DNA of 54,571 bases from an uncultured bacterium (GCA_903842795.1 CAIMNJ010000017.1:1-54571); one strand, 5' to 3'. Positions 26,952 through 35,469 are shown, numbered from the stretch's first letter. The notes: generated from the letters alone by a model not told the origin. Translations and numbers: made by a program.

Positions 26952-28913
26952 ATGCCAAGCCAGAACTTACCAAAACCAAATTTACCTGGTCAAAAACCAC
27001 AAGATAATTCTTCTCAAAGTAATGTAGCTGTTCCTCCAAGTGCAGCTCCAAACCAATCTGGGCCACAATCTGTTTTTGAGCAAAAACCAATGCAAATTCG
27101 TCAAACTCAAGTGGTTCCAGGTGGACTCTCAAGAGAAAACCCTGGTGGAACTCCACCAAATATGACTGTGGCGGCGCCAAAATCTTCTTTGGAAGATAGT
27201 TTAAAAAAACCAGAGCCACCAAAACAACAACCACTCCCTAGTAGACCAAGCGGACCTTTAGGTCAGGTGACTCTAAGCAATGATAAACCATCTGCTCCTG
27301 TCGCTACTGTTCCAACTCAGGTCAAAGATGGTGTTTCATCAACTCCAGAAACTCCAGATAAACCACAGGTAACGGCACCGGCGCAATCTCCAGCGCCTGT
27401 GCCATCAGCTCAAGCCACGTCTCCAGTTACAAATTCAATTGCAGCAGCTCCGGCTTCAACATCTTCAACTGCAGCTCCGGTATCAGCTCCACAAAAATCT
27501 GAAAAGGGAGGGGGAATTTTAGCAAAAATTAAGTCTTTACCCAAGCCAGTGATGATCGGCGCAGCACTCTTAGTTGCGTTTTTGATTACTAGTTTACTTT
27601 TTAGTTTATTTAAGCCAAAAACTTCAACTAGTTCTAGTTCTAAAACTACCACGAAGTCATCTAGCACAAATAAATCAGCCAGCAATTCAGCCAATGTTAG
27701 TGGTGACAGTACTGCTCCAGCAACAACAATTACTTATTGGGGGCTATGGGAAGATAGTCAGATTTTAAAAGAAGTGATCGCTGATTTTGAAAGTAAAAAT
27801 CCAACAATCAAAATAGATTATCGTAAACAATCGCATAGAGATTATAGAGAAAGATTGCAGCAGGCCATCGCTTCTGGTAATGGTCCAGATATTTTTCGCT
27901 ATCATGTGGCTTGGGTGCCAATGTTGAGTGCCGACCTATCTGCAATGCCATCTTCGATTATGACTGTGGCCGAATACAAGCAAATTTTTTATCCAACTGC
28001 TTACAACAACTTACAGGTTGGCGGAAATATTGTTGGTATACCACTCATGTATGATGGTTTAGCTCTTTTTTATAACAAAGAAATGTTGAAGACTGCCAAT
28101 ATTGATGTGCCCACAACTTGGGCGGAATTGCGTACTGCAGCCAACAAACTGACTGTTCCAGCTAATGTTTCAGAGAGACAGGCTGGCAATATTACTCGTG
28201 CTGGATTGGCAATTGGCAATGCTGGTAATGTCGATCATTTTTCTGATATTTTAGCTTTACTTATTATTCAAAACGGCGGAAATCCAGCTGAGGCTGGCAG
28301 TCAATATGTTAAGGATGCTATTACTTTCTACACTAACTTTATCAAGCAGGATAAAATTTGGTCTGATCGTTTAGCAAATTCCACCACAGCTTTTGCCAGA
28401 GGTGATGTAGCAATGATTTTTGCTCCTTCATGGAGAGCTCACGATATTAAGAATCTCAATCCCAATTTAGATTTCGCTGTAGCCAGAGTGCCACAGCTTG
28501 ATACTCAAAAGCCAGCAGCTTGGGCAACTTTTTGGGCAGAAGGCGTAAGCGCTAAGAGTAAGAGTCGTGATGCAGCTTGGAGCTTTTTGAAATATTTATC
28601 CACTCCAGAAGTTTTGCGTAAATTTTATAACGATGCCAGCCAATATCGGGCTTTTGGTGAGATTTATCCACGCACTGACATGGCTGCTGAATTGCAAGGC
28701 AATCCTTTAGTTGCTTCATATGTAGCTGATGCTCCGTTAGCTAAATCTTGGTATATGTCTAGTTTTACTCACGACAATGGTTTAAATGATCAAATCATTA
28801 AGTATTATGAGGATGCCGTTAATGCAGTCTTATCAAGTACAAACGTTGAAAAAGCTTTAGAAACTACCGTCACTGGAGTAAATAGTGTTTTAGCTAAGTA
28901 TAGCTCTAAGTAA
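26952..28913 (+). CDS. Extracellular solute-binding protein (sugar-type ABC SBP) with a roughly 250-aa P/S/T-rich N-terminal region and a membrane anchor
   Basis: 653 aa with a TM helix (VMIGAALLVAFLITSLLFSLF). The SBP-like body starts at ITYWGLWEDSQILKEVIADFESKNPTIKIDY. No permease or ATPase gene is adjacent. Confidence 0.65.
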   Translation: MPSQNLPKPNLPGQKPQDNSSQSNVAVPPSAAPNQSGPQSVFEQKPMQIRQTQVVPGGLSRENPGGTPPNMTVAAPKSSLEDSLKKPEPPKQQPLPSRPSGPLGQVTLSNDKPSAPVATVPTQVKDGVSSTPETPDKPQVTAPAQSPAPVPSAQATSPVTNSIAAAPASTSSTAAPVSAPQKSEKGGGILAKIKSLPKPVMIGAALLVAFLITSLLFSLFKPKTSTSSSSKTTTKSSSTNKSASNSANVSGDSTAPATTITYWGLWEDSQILKEVIADFESKNPTIKIDYRKQSHRDYRERLQQAIASGNGPDIFRYHVAWVPMLSADLSAMPSSIMTVAEYKQIFYPTAYNNLQVGGNIVGIPLMYDGLALFYNKEMLKTANIDVPTTWAELRTAANKLTVPANVSERQAGNITRAGLAIGNAGNVDHFSDILALLIIQNGGNPAEAGSQYVKDAITFYTNFIKQDKIWSDRLANSTTAFARGDVAMIFAPSWRAHDIKNLNPNLDFAVARVPQLDTQKPAAWATFWAEGVSAKSKSRDAAWSFLKYLSTPEVLRKFYNDASQYRAFGEIYPRTDMAAELQGNPLVASYVADAPLAKSWYMSSFTHDNGLNDQIIKYYEDAVNAVLSSTNVEKALETTVTGVNSVLAKYSSK

Positions 28914-28930
28914 AGCAAGTTTCCAAAAAA

Positions 28931-29917
28931 CTAAATTAATTGGAGTAGGTTTTCGGCTAATTTCTTTTTGTGGTGACGAATTAAGCTTCTTGGGGTTGAA
29001 TCATTTTCTTCTGCTTTAATCATGGTGGTTAAGATGAGATCACCTCTAATGATTTTTGTTTCTTGCGTGTCTTGTAAATCATCAACAACTGGAAAATCAT
29101 TTGCTTTTTCGTAAAGCTTGAGGATTTCTGTAGGTATTTGACTATTATTGATCAAAACAAAATCTGCTTTTCTTTGACAGTATTTTTCAATTTCCAAGAG
29201 ATGATCATTGGCCGTCATTTTGTTGGTCTGTGAGTAATGAGTCATCAAATTTCCAATGTAAGCAAATTTTCCACCTCTTTTTTTATTGTCATTAAGTGCT
29301 TGTTCAAAACCTCTAACAAGAGTGTTGGGCAAAAGACTCCCATAAAGATCTCCTGGGCCAAAAACAACCAGGTCTGCTTCAGTAATTGCTTGAGCAGCTT
29401 TTTCATAAATAAAAGCCTCTTTATCTAGGGAAATACTCTGTATTTTTTTGCCCCCATTTGCAGCGTCATCTAGATTTTTTTCTCCCACAGCACTGGTCCC
29501 ATCTGAGTAGTGAATGACCAAATTAACGATATCATTGCTAATTGGCAAGACTTGGCCGCCAATACGAAAAATCTTTGATGCAACTTCGACTGCCTTGCTG
29601 GCGGAGCCAGTTAAATTTTCAAGTGAAGTGAGAATAAGATTTCCAAGATTGTGTCCTTGTAGGCTTGAATTTTTATCAAAACGATAGAGTAAAAGCTGGC
29701 GAATTTCTTTTTCATTTTCACCAGTTGCTAAAGCAGCAATACATTGACGCAAATCGCCGACTGGTAAAAATCCAAACTCATCTCTAAGGCGACCGGTAGA
29801 GCCACCGTTGTCAGAAACAACTACCACAGCGCTCAAATCAATGTCTTTATAGTTCTTTAAACCAGACAAGGCAACCGCACTACCTGTTCCACCTCCAATG
29901 ACAACTATTTTTTTCAT
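28931..29917 (-). CDS. yvcK: YvcK/CofD-family protein (gluconeogenesis factor / cell-shape associated)
   Basis: 328 aa. Motifs are KIVVIGGGTGSAVALSGLK and VVSDNGGSTGRLRDEFGFLPVGDLRQC. Confidence 0.8.
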   Translation of the reverse strand: MKKIVVIGGGTGSAVALSGLKNYKDIDLSAVVVVSDNGGSTGRLRDEFGFLPVGDLRQCIAALATGENEKEIRQLLLYRFDKNSSLQGHNLGNLILTSLENLTGSASKAVEVASKIFRIGGQVLPISNDIVNLVIHYSDGTSAVGEKNLDDAANGGKKIQSISLDKEAFIYEKAAQAITEADLVVFGPGDLYGSLLPNTLVRGFEQALNDNKKRGGKFAYIGNLMTHYSQTNKMTANDHLLEIEKYCQRKADFVLINNSQIPTEILKLYEKANDFPVVDDLQDTQETKIIRGDLILTTMIKAEENDSTPRSLIRHHKKKLAENLLQLI

Positions 29918-29924
29918 GAGGCTA

Positions 29925-29930
29925 ATTGTA
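29925..29930 (-). promoter_or_regulatory. -10-like TACAAT 7 nt upstream of the yvcK ATG
   Basis: Minus strand reads TACAAT-tagcctc-ATG. Confidence 0.3.
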
Positions 29931-29945
29931 CTTCAAAGTCGCTAC

Positions 29946-30452
29946 ATGTTAAACTTGGATTCTAAGATGACGCTTACAAATCAAGATTTAGATGGTTTTC
30001 TGATCAATAGAATCAAAGCAAAAAAAACTTTAACTTTGGTTACAGGAGTTTTTGATTTACTTCATGAAGAACATCATCTTTTTTTATCCAAAGCAAAAGA
30101 AATTGGTGACTTATTGATAGTTGGTATTGAATCAGATGTTCGTGTAAGACAAATGAAGGGTCAACAAAGACCTATTAACAATCAGGAGATTCGTCTAAAA
30201 AATCTAGACAAATGGGGAATAGCTGATTTCATTTTTATTCTACCGGAACAGTTTTCTAAGCCAGATGATCATCGTCAGTTGATTTCTAAGATTAGGCCAA
30301 ATTTTATGGCAGTTTCGTCGCATACAAAATTCATGCGCGAGAAGGAAATGATTTTATCTGAATTTACTGCTAAGCTAGTAGTAGTGCACGATTTTAATCC
30401 TGAATTTTCCTCTAGCAAATTAATACAAAACCTAAAAAAGAAAGGACTGTGA
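29946..30452 (+). CDS. Cytidylyltransferase-like nucleotidyltransferase (HxGH-class fold)
   Basis: LVTGVFDLLHEEHHLFLSKAKEIGDLLIVGIESD matches the G.FD..H.GH...L..A...g..LiVg..sD pattern, but with HEEH in place of HxGH. The track start at 29898 overlaps yvcK divergently. The ATG at 29946 (or 29967) is more plausible. The stop is TGA. Confidence 0.55.
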   Translation: MLNLDSKMTLTNQDLDGFLINRIKAKKTLTLVTGVFDLLHEEHHLFLSKAKEIGDLLIVGIESDVRVRQMKGQQRPINNQEIRLKNLDKWGIADFIFILPEQFSKPDDHRQLISKIRPNFMAVSSHTKFMREKEMILSEFTAKLVVVHDFNPEFSSSKLIQNLKKKGL

Positions 30453-30465
30453 TTTTTATCACTCA

Positions 30466-30813
30466 ATGAATATGAAAAAAGCTCTCATTATGTTTTTGGT
30501 AATGGTCGCATTGGTTGGTGGAGGTCTATATTTTTTTGTGCAAAATGCCAAGAAAAATGCCAGCCAAGCACCAGCTGCTCAGGTTAAGACTAATTCTAAA
30601 ACTACCAATCCTAGTGCCACAGAAAAATCTGGAACTACTACCAAAACAGGCAAAATTGGTTCTAGTGGCGGTGTTTTTACTTTGCAAGAAGCTGGACAAA
30701 CTCCCAAAGAAATTGATAGTTACGTAGTTGATTTATCCAAATATGTTGGTAAAACTGTAACTGTCACAGGGCAATACAGTGGCGACACTCTTTTCGTTGG
30801 CGCTGTTAAATAA
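30466..30813 (+). CDS. Small membrane-anchored protein of unknown function
   Basis: 115 aa with an N-terminal TM helix (ALIMFLVMVALVGGGLYFF), a T/S-rich linker and a short beta-rich C-terminal domain. Confidence 0.5.
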   Translation: MNMKKALIMFLVMVALVGGGLYFFVQNAKKNASQAPAAQVKTNSKTTNPSATEKSGTTTKTGKIGSSGGVFTLQEAGQTPKEIDSYVVDLSKYVGKTVTVTGQYSGDTLFVGAVK

Positions 30814-30818
30814 AAATC

Positions 30819-32243
30819 ATGGTCAAAAATAAATCTCATTTTCGCTGCCAAAACTGTGCAGCTAGTTTTCCGAAGTGGATGGGGCAATGTACTGAATGTG
30901 GTAGCTGGAATACTTTGGTGGAGGAAATTTTAGAAACAGCTGATGTCAGTAGACGTTCGCAGATCAAAAATACTTTAAGCGATGATGAAATTGCCAAAAA
31001 ACGCGTAGTTTTTTCTCAAGTGGAGCGCGTCAGTGGCTCAAAACAACGTTTTTCTACTAGTGTTGGTGAATTAGATCGTGTTTTGGGTGGTGGATTGGTG
31101 GCAGGAATGGTTGTTCTTTTGGGCGGCGAGCCGGGAATTGGTAAATCTACTTTATTAACCCAAATGATTCTGCAAATTTTGCGTTTGCGTAAAGATGCTC
31201 CAAAGAAAATAAAAAAACTTAAAATTTTTTATGTAGCTGGTGAAGAGAGTCCTGGTCAAATTTCTTTGCGCATTGATCGCTTTTTGGATAAAACCGAGAA
31301 TGCCTCTTCTAGGGAAGATATCGGAGATAGTTTAATTTTTATTACAACTACTGATGTTGATGAGCTTAATGTTTTAATTAAAAAAGAAAAGCCTGATTTG
31401 TTAATTGTTGATAGCATTCAATCTTTGTCGACTAGTTTTTTAACAGGAGCAAGTGGCAGTGTGGGTCAAATTCGGGAAGTGGCTGATCGCATCATTAATG
31501 TCGTGAAAGCTTTGGGTATTCCTACTTTTCTCATTGGCCATATCACTAAAGATGGGGTGATTGCTGGACCAAAAGTTTTTGAACACATGGTTGATACAGT
31601 TTTGCTATTAGAGGGCGAAAGATCAGACCAATTACGTATGTTAAGATCTTTAAAAAATCGCTTTGGTGCTACTGATGAAGTGGGTCTTTTTCAAAGTGAA
31701 GATTATGGCTTGAGAGAAATTGATAATCCAAGCGAATTGTTTTTGGAAAATACCAATCAGTTAGTAACTGGAGCTGCGACTGTTTGTTTGATGGAAGGAA
31801 CAAGACCGCTACTGGCAGAAGTGCAAGCACTTGTGGTGAAATCGCAATTAGCCATGCCACGCAGAGTTGGTAGAGGAGTAGATTTGGCAAGAATTCAAGT
31901 TTTATCGGCGGTTTTGCAGAAGCATGCTGGTCTACCATTGGCTTTCTACGATGTTTTTCTTAGCGTAGCAGGTGGTTTTCGCATTAAAGAAGCCAGTGTA
32001 GATCTTGGTTTAGCGATTTCCATAGCAAGCTCATTATCGGGTAAAAAAATACCTCAAAGTACTGTTTTTATCGGTGAAATAGGTTTGCTTGGAGAGATTA
32101 GAAAAACTCCATATTTTGAAAGAAGGGCAAAAGAAGCCCGAAGATTGGGATTTGAAAAAATCATTTCCCGCGAAACACACTCCAACATTAGAGAACTACT
32201 TAAAGACCTCAGACTTTTGACCAAGTCTGTTGAAAACGATTAA
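30819..32243 (+). CDS. radA: DNA repair protein RadA/Sms
   Basis: 474 aa. It has a zinc finger (CQNC...CTECGSW), Walker A (GGEPGIGKSTLL), the KNRFG motif (LKNRFGATDEVGLF) and a Lon-like C-terminal domain. Confidence 0.92.
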   Translation: MVKNKSHFRCQNCAASFPKWMGQCTECGSWNTLVEEILETADVSRRSQIKNTLSDDEIAKKRVVFSQVERVSGSKQRFSTSVGELDRVLGGGLVAGMVVLLGGEPGIGKSTLLTQMILQILRLRKDAPKKIKKLKIFYVAGEESPGQISLRIDRFLDKTENASSREDIGDSLIFITTTDVDELNVLIKKEKPDLLIVDSIQSLSTSFLTGASGSVGQIREVADRIINVVKALGIPTFLIGHITKDGVIAGPKVFEHMVDTVLLLEGERSDQLRMLRSLKNRFGATDEVGLFQSEDYGLREIDNPSELFLENTNQLVTGAATVCLMEGTRPLLAEVQALVVKSQLAMPRRVGRGVDLARIQVLSAVLQKHAGLPLAFYDVFLSVAGGFRIKEASVDLGLAISIASSLSGKKIPQSTVFIGEIGLLGEIRKTPYFERRAKEARRLGFEKIISRETHSNIRELLKDLRLLTKSVEND

Positions 32244-32246
32244 TAA

Positions 32247-34391
32247 TTAGAGATTTCTTTTTTTTGCGTAGCGTTCGCGACTATTGCGAATAACTTTCTC
32301 ACGGTTTTGATTGCTACTTTTGGCAAGTGCTAAGGTGTAAGCAGGGAATGGACGACTCAAAACATTATCAATGGAAATTTTATTAATGATTTGATGCTTG
32401 TCCAAATTGACTAGGTCATCTTGACTGTAGAGGTTGCCGTATTCAGATTGAAAATAAGTGGCATCGCCAGCACCCATCACGAAACTAATAATGTTGCCAC
32501 AGTTGCCAAAAATGGCATTACGCACCTCTTCTGGAATCTGGTCTATATATTGGTTGGCAAGGGTAAGGTTGAGGCGATATTTGCGTGCTTCCGAGAGAAT
32601 TTTGATAAAGGCATCGGTGGCAAAATTCTGAAACTCATCAACATACAAATAGAAATCACGGCGTTTATCTTCTTCGATATTAACTCTGCCCATGGCAGCT
32701 AACTGGATTTTGGTGATCATCATAGCCCCAAGCAGAGTGGCATTATCTTCACCGAGTCTGCCTTGCGAGAGATTGACAAGCAAAATTTTGCCTTGATCCA
32801 TTAACTCCTCAATACTAAAGGAAGATTGATTAGTGTTTACGACATTACGAACTATCGGAGAAGAAACAAATTGGCCAACTTTGTTTAAGATGGAGGCAAT
32901 TGATTCCTGGCGTTGGCGATCTTGCATCTTGTTATATTCATTAATCCAGAAGCTTTTTAGAATTGGATCGTCGAGATTTTCGACTATTTTGTCACGGAAT
33001 TTATTGTTGGTTAAAAGTTCCAAGACGTCAGATAGTTTGGCTTCTTTACTTTTGAGCAAAGTAAGCAAACAATTGCGCAGAATATATTCAAGTCGAGGAC
33101 CCCAAGAGTAGCTATAAAGCTTTTGAAAAACTGAAATAATACCAGAGGCAATCAATTCACGGTGGACTACGTTTTCGCCTTCAAAAAGATTAATTTGAAC
33201 CGTTCTTTCTTGATCTGAAGGGTCAAAATAAACAACGTCGTTAATGCGGTGTTTTGGAATAAAATCTAATAAAGTTTCAACCAGGTCACCATGAGGATCA
33301 ATCACGCAAAGACCTTCATTATGCTTAAGGTCATTGATGACCATATTGGCCAGTAGAGTGGATTTACCAGTGCCTGTTTTTCCAATGACATAAACATGAC
33401 GACGGCGATCATTGCGAAGTAATCCGTACTTGGTGTTTCTGTTCTTATAAACTGTTTCGGCGATTACATTAACATCTTTCTTGATTTCTTCTGGAGTGTT
33501 TTGACTAATGATTGGCAATCTTTCTGGAGCTTCACCCAGAATTTTTTTACCCCAGGAAATATTGTGGATATTGCTGAGTTTTTTGCTTGGCAAGTGAAAA
33601 AGAGTTGCCGTTTCTTCCAGACTCAGGCTGAGAAGAGGGGAAGCTCTAAAGCTTCTTTTACTCATTTTCTTGAGGAAATTATTTTTGAAGATATATCTAT
33701 TACCAAGTTTTAAGGCATTACTCTCACTTTGACTAATGGCCTGATAGGCAGCAGCAATGTTTTCCATTAATAGTTTGCTTTTTTTGTGATCATCGGTGGA
33801 TACAGCAATTTTGAAGGCAGCATTAATGGCTCTCTTGTCCATTTTCTGTTCAATTAATGCTTTTTGAGGGTGTCCTTCTAGCTTTTCTTTAGAAAGTTGT
33901 TGTTTTTGTGGCCAATACTCATTTTCATTATCAAGAACCATTTGGATGAGAATGGTGTCTTCTCCTTCATTTTTGGAAAGGGTAGACATTAGGGTAGAAA
34001 GAGGGTCAATTTCTTTAAACTCTTGATAAGTTTTGAGTGGTAGATAGCTGTGATTCTTTAATTTAAGGCTAGCTAATCGTAAGGATTTCTTGGATGTAAA
34101 GAAAAAATCTACAGGATCAAAAGATAGTTCAGAGATGACTGCCTCTGGATAGCTGGCATGGATTGCCCCCTTGAAATATTCAAAAATACGTAATGGCACG
34201 TGAGCCAAGAAGTGAATGGCTTGTTCGCGCACCATAATTTCAAAACTCAGACTTTCATTTTGTCCAAGTAGTTTATTGAAAATATTGTTTTTGAGCTTTG
34301 GCAGAGTAGAAAAAAGTTGGACGGCTGTTTCTTCTGTCTCTTCACTATCTTTGCTGGTTCTGATCTCAAGTAAAATATGATTTTTTAACAC
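32247..34391 (-). CDS. TraD/VirD4-like (FtsK/HerA-superfamily) coupling-protein-type ATPase without TM helices
   Basis: 714 aa. Walker A is VIGKTGTGKSTLL and Walker B is FYLYVDEFQNF. The C-terminal part, ARKYRLNLTLANQYIDQIPEEVRNAIFGNCGNIISF, is typical of TraD/TraG/VirD4. The N-terminal roughly 330 aa are soluble and of unknown family. The start codon is GTG. Confidence 0.6.
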   Translation of the reverse strand: MLKNHILLEIRTSKDSEETEETAVQLFSTLPKLKNNIFNKLLGQNESLSFEIMVREQAIHFLAHVPLRIFEYFKGAIHASYPEAVISELSFDPVDFFFTSKKSLRLASLKLKNHSYLPLKTYQEFKEIDPLSTLMSTLSKNEGEDTILIQMVLDNENEYWPQKQQLSKEKLEGHPQKALIEQKMDKRAINAAFKIAVSTDDHKKSKLLMENIAAAYQAISQSESNALKLGNRYIFKNNFLKKMSKRSFRASPLLSLSLEETATLFHLPSKKLSNIHNISWGKKILGEAPERLPIISQNTPEEIKKDVNVIAETVYKNRNTKYGLLRNDRRRHVYVIGKTGTGKSTLLANMVINDLKHNEGLCVIDPHGDLVETLLDFIPKHRINDVVYFDPSDQERTVQINLFEGENVVHRELIASGIISVFQKLYSYSWGPRLEYILRNCLLTLLKSKEAKLSDVLELLTNNKFRDKIVENLDDPILKSFWINEYNKMQDRQRQESIASILNKVGQFVSSPIVRNVVNTNQSSFSIEELMDQGKILLVNLSQGRLGEDNATLLGAMMITKIQLAAMGRVNIEEDKRRDFYLYVDEFQNFATDAFIKILSEARKYRLNLTLANQYIDQIPEEVRNAIFGNCGNIISFVMGAGDATYFQSEYGNLYSQDDLVNLDKHQIINKISIDNVLSRPFPAYTLALAKSSNQNREKVIRNSRERYAKKRNL

Positions 34392-34397
34392 TTGTTT

Positions 34398-34406
34398 AGT
34401 ATAGCA
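34398..34406 (-). promoter_or_regulatory. Extended -10-like TGCTATACT 6 nt upstream of the GTG start of the coupling-protein-like gene
   Basis: Minus strand reads TGCTATACT-aaacaa-GTG. Confidence 0.3.
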
Positions 34407-34453
34407 AATTGCAGAAAAGATAACATCCTCTCGGCTTAATGGGAGTTATTCGT

Positions 34454-34493
34454 TTCTCCACAAAAACATTTATAAGTGTTATTGTGTGGAAAA
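34454..34493. promoter_or_regulatory. 40-bp imperfect palindrome flanked by inverted DnaA-box-like 9-mers
   Basis: TTCTCCACA (34454-34462) and TGTGGAAAA (34485-34493, rc TTTTCCACA, identical to the box at 3627-3635) flank AACATTTATAAGTGTT. Confidence 0.3.
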
Positions 34494-34527
34494 CTTGTTG
34501 GTTTACTTCAATAAATTGCACTAATAT

Positions 34528-34600
34528 AAAAATATAGGTCTTTTGTTAAAAATGTCTAATAAAATTATAGGATACAATTGATGATTGAAAAAATTATAGA
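34528..34600 (+). repeat. Three iteron-like direct repeats AAAA(T)TATAG(G/A)
   Basis: AAAAATATAGG is at 34528-34538, AAAATTATAGG at 34561-34571 and AAAATTATAGA at 34590-34600. Spacing is 33 and 29 bp, in an AT-rich stretch. Confidence 0.3.
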
Positions 34601-34706
34601 ACAGACTATAATAACCAATAGTTCTTTAAAGTGATTAATTTTCTTTAAGGGGAGACAAAATTTTCAGCTATTTCTCAGGAAAGAGTGGCAAAATTTTAAA
34701 CGAACC

Positions 34707-34771
34707 ATAAAAAAATCCATCCCGTTTAAGTCTTGTTCTTAAGGCAGTCAAGAACCTAAACAAGATGGATT
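34707..34771 (-). terminator. Intrinsic-terminator-like extended hairpin followed by a U-run on the minus strand
   Basis: Plus-strand AATCCATC (34714-34721) pairs with GATGGATT (34764-34771). Inner stems are GTTTA/TAAAC and GTTCTT/AAGAAC, with a 9-nt loop. On the minus strand the hairpin is followed by TTTTTTTAT. No minus-strand ORF lies upstream of it. Confidence 0.4.
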
Positions 34772-34980
34772 GTAGCGAACATTATTACCGCTGATGAATC
34801 ACGAATAACAATGTAGCTTGTTGTGGTTATCTTTCACAGATAACTTATTGTTTATAGGTTATCATCCACTTCCCGAATAGTAAATTATATTTAAATATTT
34901 CTATCTAGATCAAATTAGATAAGAATCTTCTGTGGAAGCTCGGTAGTTGGGCAGGCAACCGAGCTCCCGCTGAGGATTTT
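34707..34980 (-). ncRNA. Candidate structured ncRNA of about 270 nt, family not recognised
   Basis: Its 5' end has an 11-bp hairpin (34934-34968, continuous only on the minus strand because an A-C mismatch becomes G-U). Internal hairpins lie at about 34898-34926 and at 34826-34844 (GTTATCT-ttcac-AGATAAC). Its 3' end is the terminator at 34707-34771. A weak promoter-like TTTAGC-17-TAGACT lies just upstream on the minus strand. No ORF longer than 17 codons is present. Confidence 0.2.
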
Positions 34981-35004
34981 TAAGTCTAAATACTCTGGAG
35001 AATG

Positions 35005-35013
35005 TGCTAAACT
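35005..35013 (+). promoter_or_regulatory. Extended -10-like TGCTAAACT 7 nt upstream of the MGMT-like ATG
   Basis: Reads TGCTAAACT-agaaaga-ATG, with no SD. Confidence 0.3.
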
Positions 35014-35020
35014 AGAAAGA

Positions 35021-35323
35021 ATGACCCTCAAAGAACGTGTTTACGAGGAAGCTAAAAAAATTCCCAAAGGCAAAGTTGCAACTTATGGACAAATAGCCAG
35101 ATTGGCTGGCAATCCAAAAGCAGCAAGAGCTGTAGGCGGTTTTATGCGCAGCAATCCTTTTGCTCCAATTGTTCCTTGTCATAGAGTAGTGGCAGCAGAT
35201 GGATCTCTAAATGGATTTTTCGGTCTTAAAAAATTGCCTCAAAAAAAACAAATGTTAATAGAAGAAGGAGTTTCTTTTATTGGTGAAAAGGTTGATCTAA
35301 AAAAGTCTTTATGGCAAATTTAG
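35021..35323 (+). CDS. ogt: MGMT-family methylated-DNA-protein-cysteine methyltransferase, DNA-binding/active-site domain only
   Basis: 100 aa. GKVATYGQIARLAGNPKAARAVGGFMRSNPFAPIVPCHRVV contains the PCHR active-site motif. Confidence 0.8.
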   Translation: MTLKERVYEEAKKIPKGKVATYGQIARLAGNPKAARAVGGFMRSNPFAPIVPCHRVVAADGSLNGFFGLKKLPQKKQMLIEEGVSFIGEKVDLKKSLWQI

Positions 35324-35350
35324 AGGGGGATTGCCTTTTTTTGTTTTTTT
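35313..35350 (+). terminator. Weak terminator-like element after the MGMT-like gene
   Basis: A 5-bp stem GGCAA/TTGCC with a 13-nt loop is followed by TTTTTTTGTTTTTTT. The stem is short, so this is tentative. Confidence 0.25.
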
Positions 35351-35469
35351 GACATAATGGATTAGTATTCTGCTTTCCCAAAATGTCTTTTTCAATCCAC
35401 TCAAATTAATATAAATATGATTTACAGTAAAACAGTAATTTTTCATAATAGAAAGGTTCGATAATTTTT

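Noticed and set aside
29898-29945. Track start of the cytidylyltransferase-like ORF, overlapping the yvcK start divergently by 20 nt
   Set aside because: Divergent overlapping starts are unlikely. The in-frame ATGs at 29946 and 29967 leave a normal distance to the G.FD..H..H motif.
34392-35020. tRNA, tmRNA, SRP RNA or RNase P RNA in the long spacer
   Set aside because: None of the diagnostic motifs appears on either strand. There is no T-loop GGTTCGA(A/T)TCC, no GGAAGCAGCC-type SRP domain IV, no GGAAAGTCCGG RNase P CR-I, and no tmRNA 5' GGGG...GATTCGAC. AGGAAAGAGTGGC at about 34675 is only a weak resemblance.
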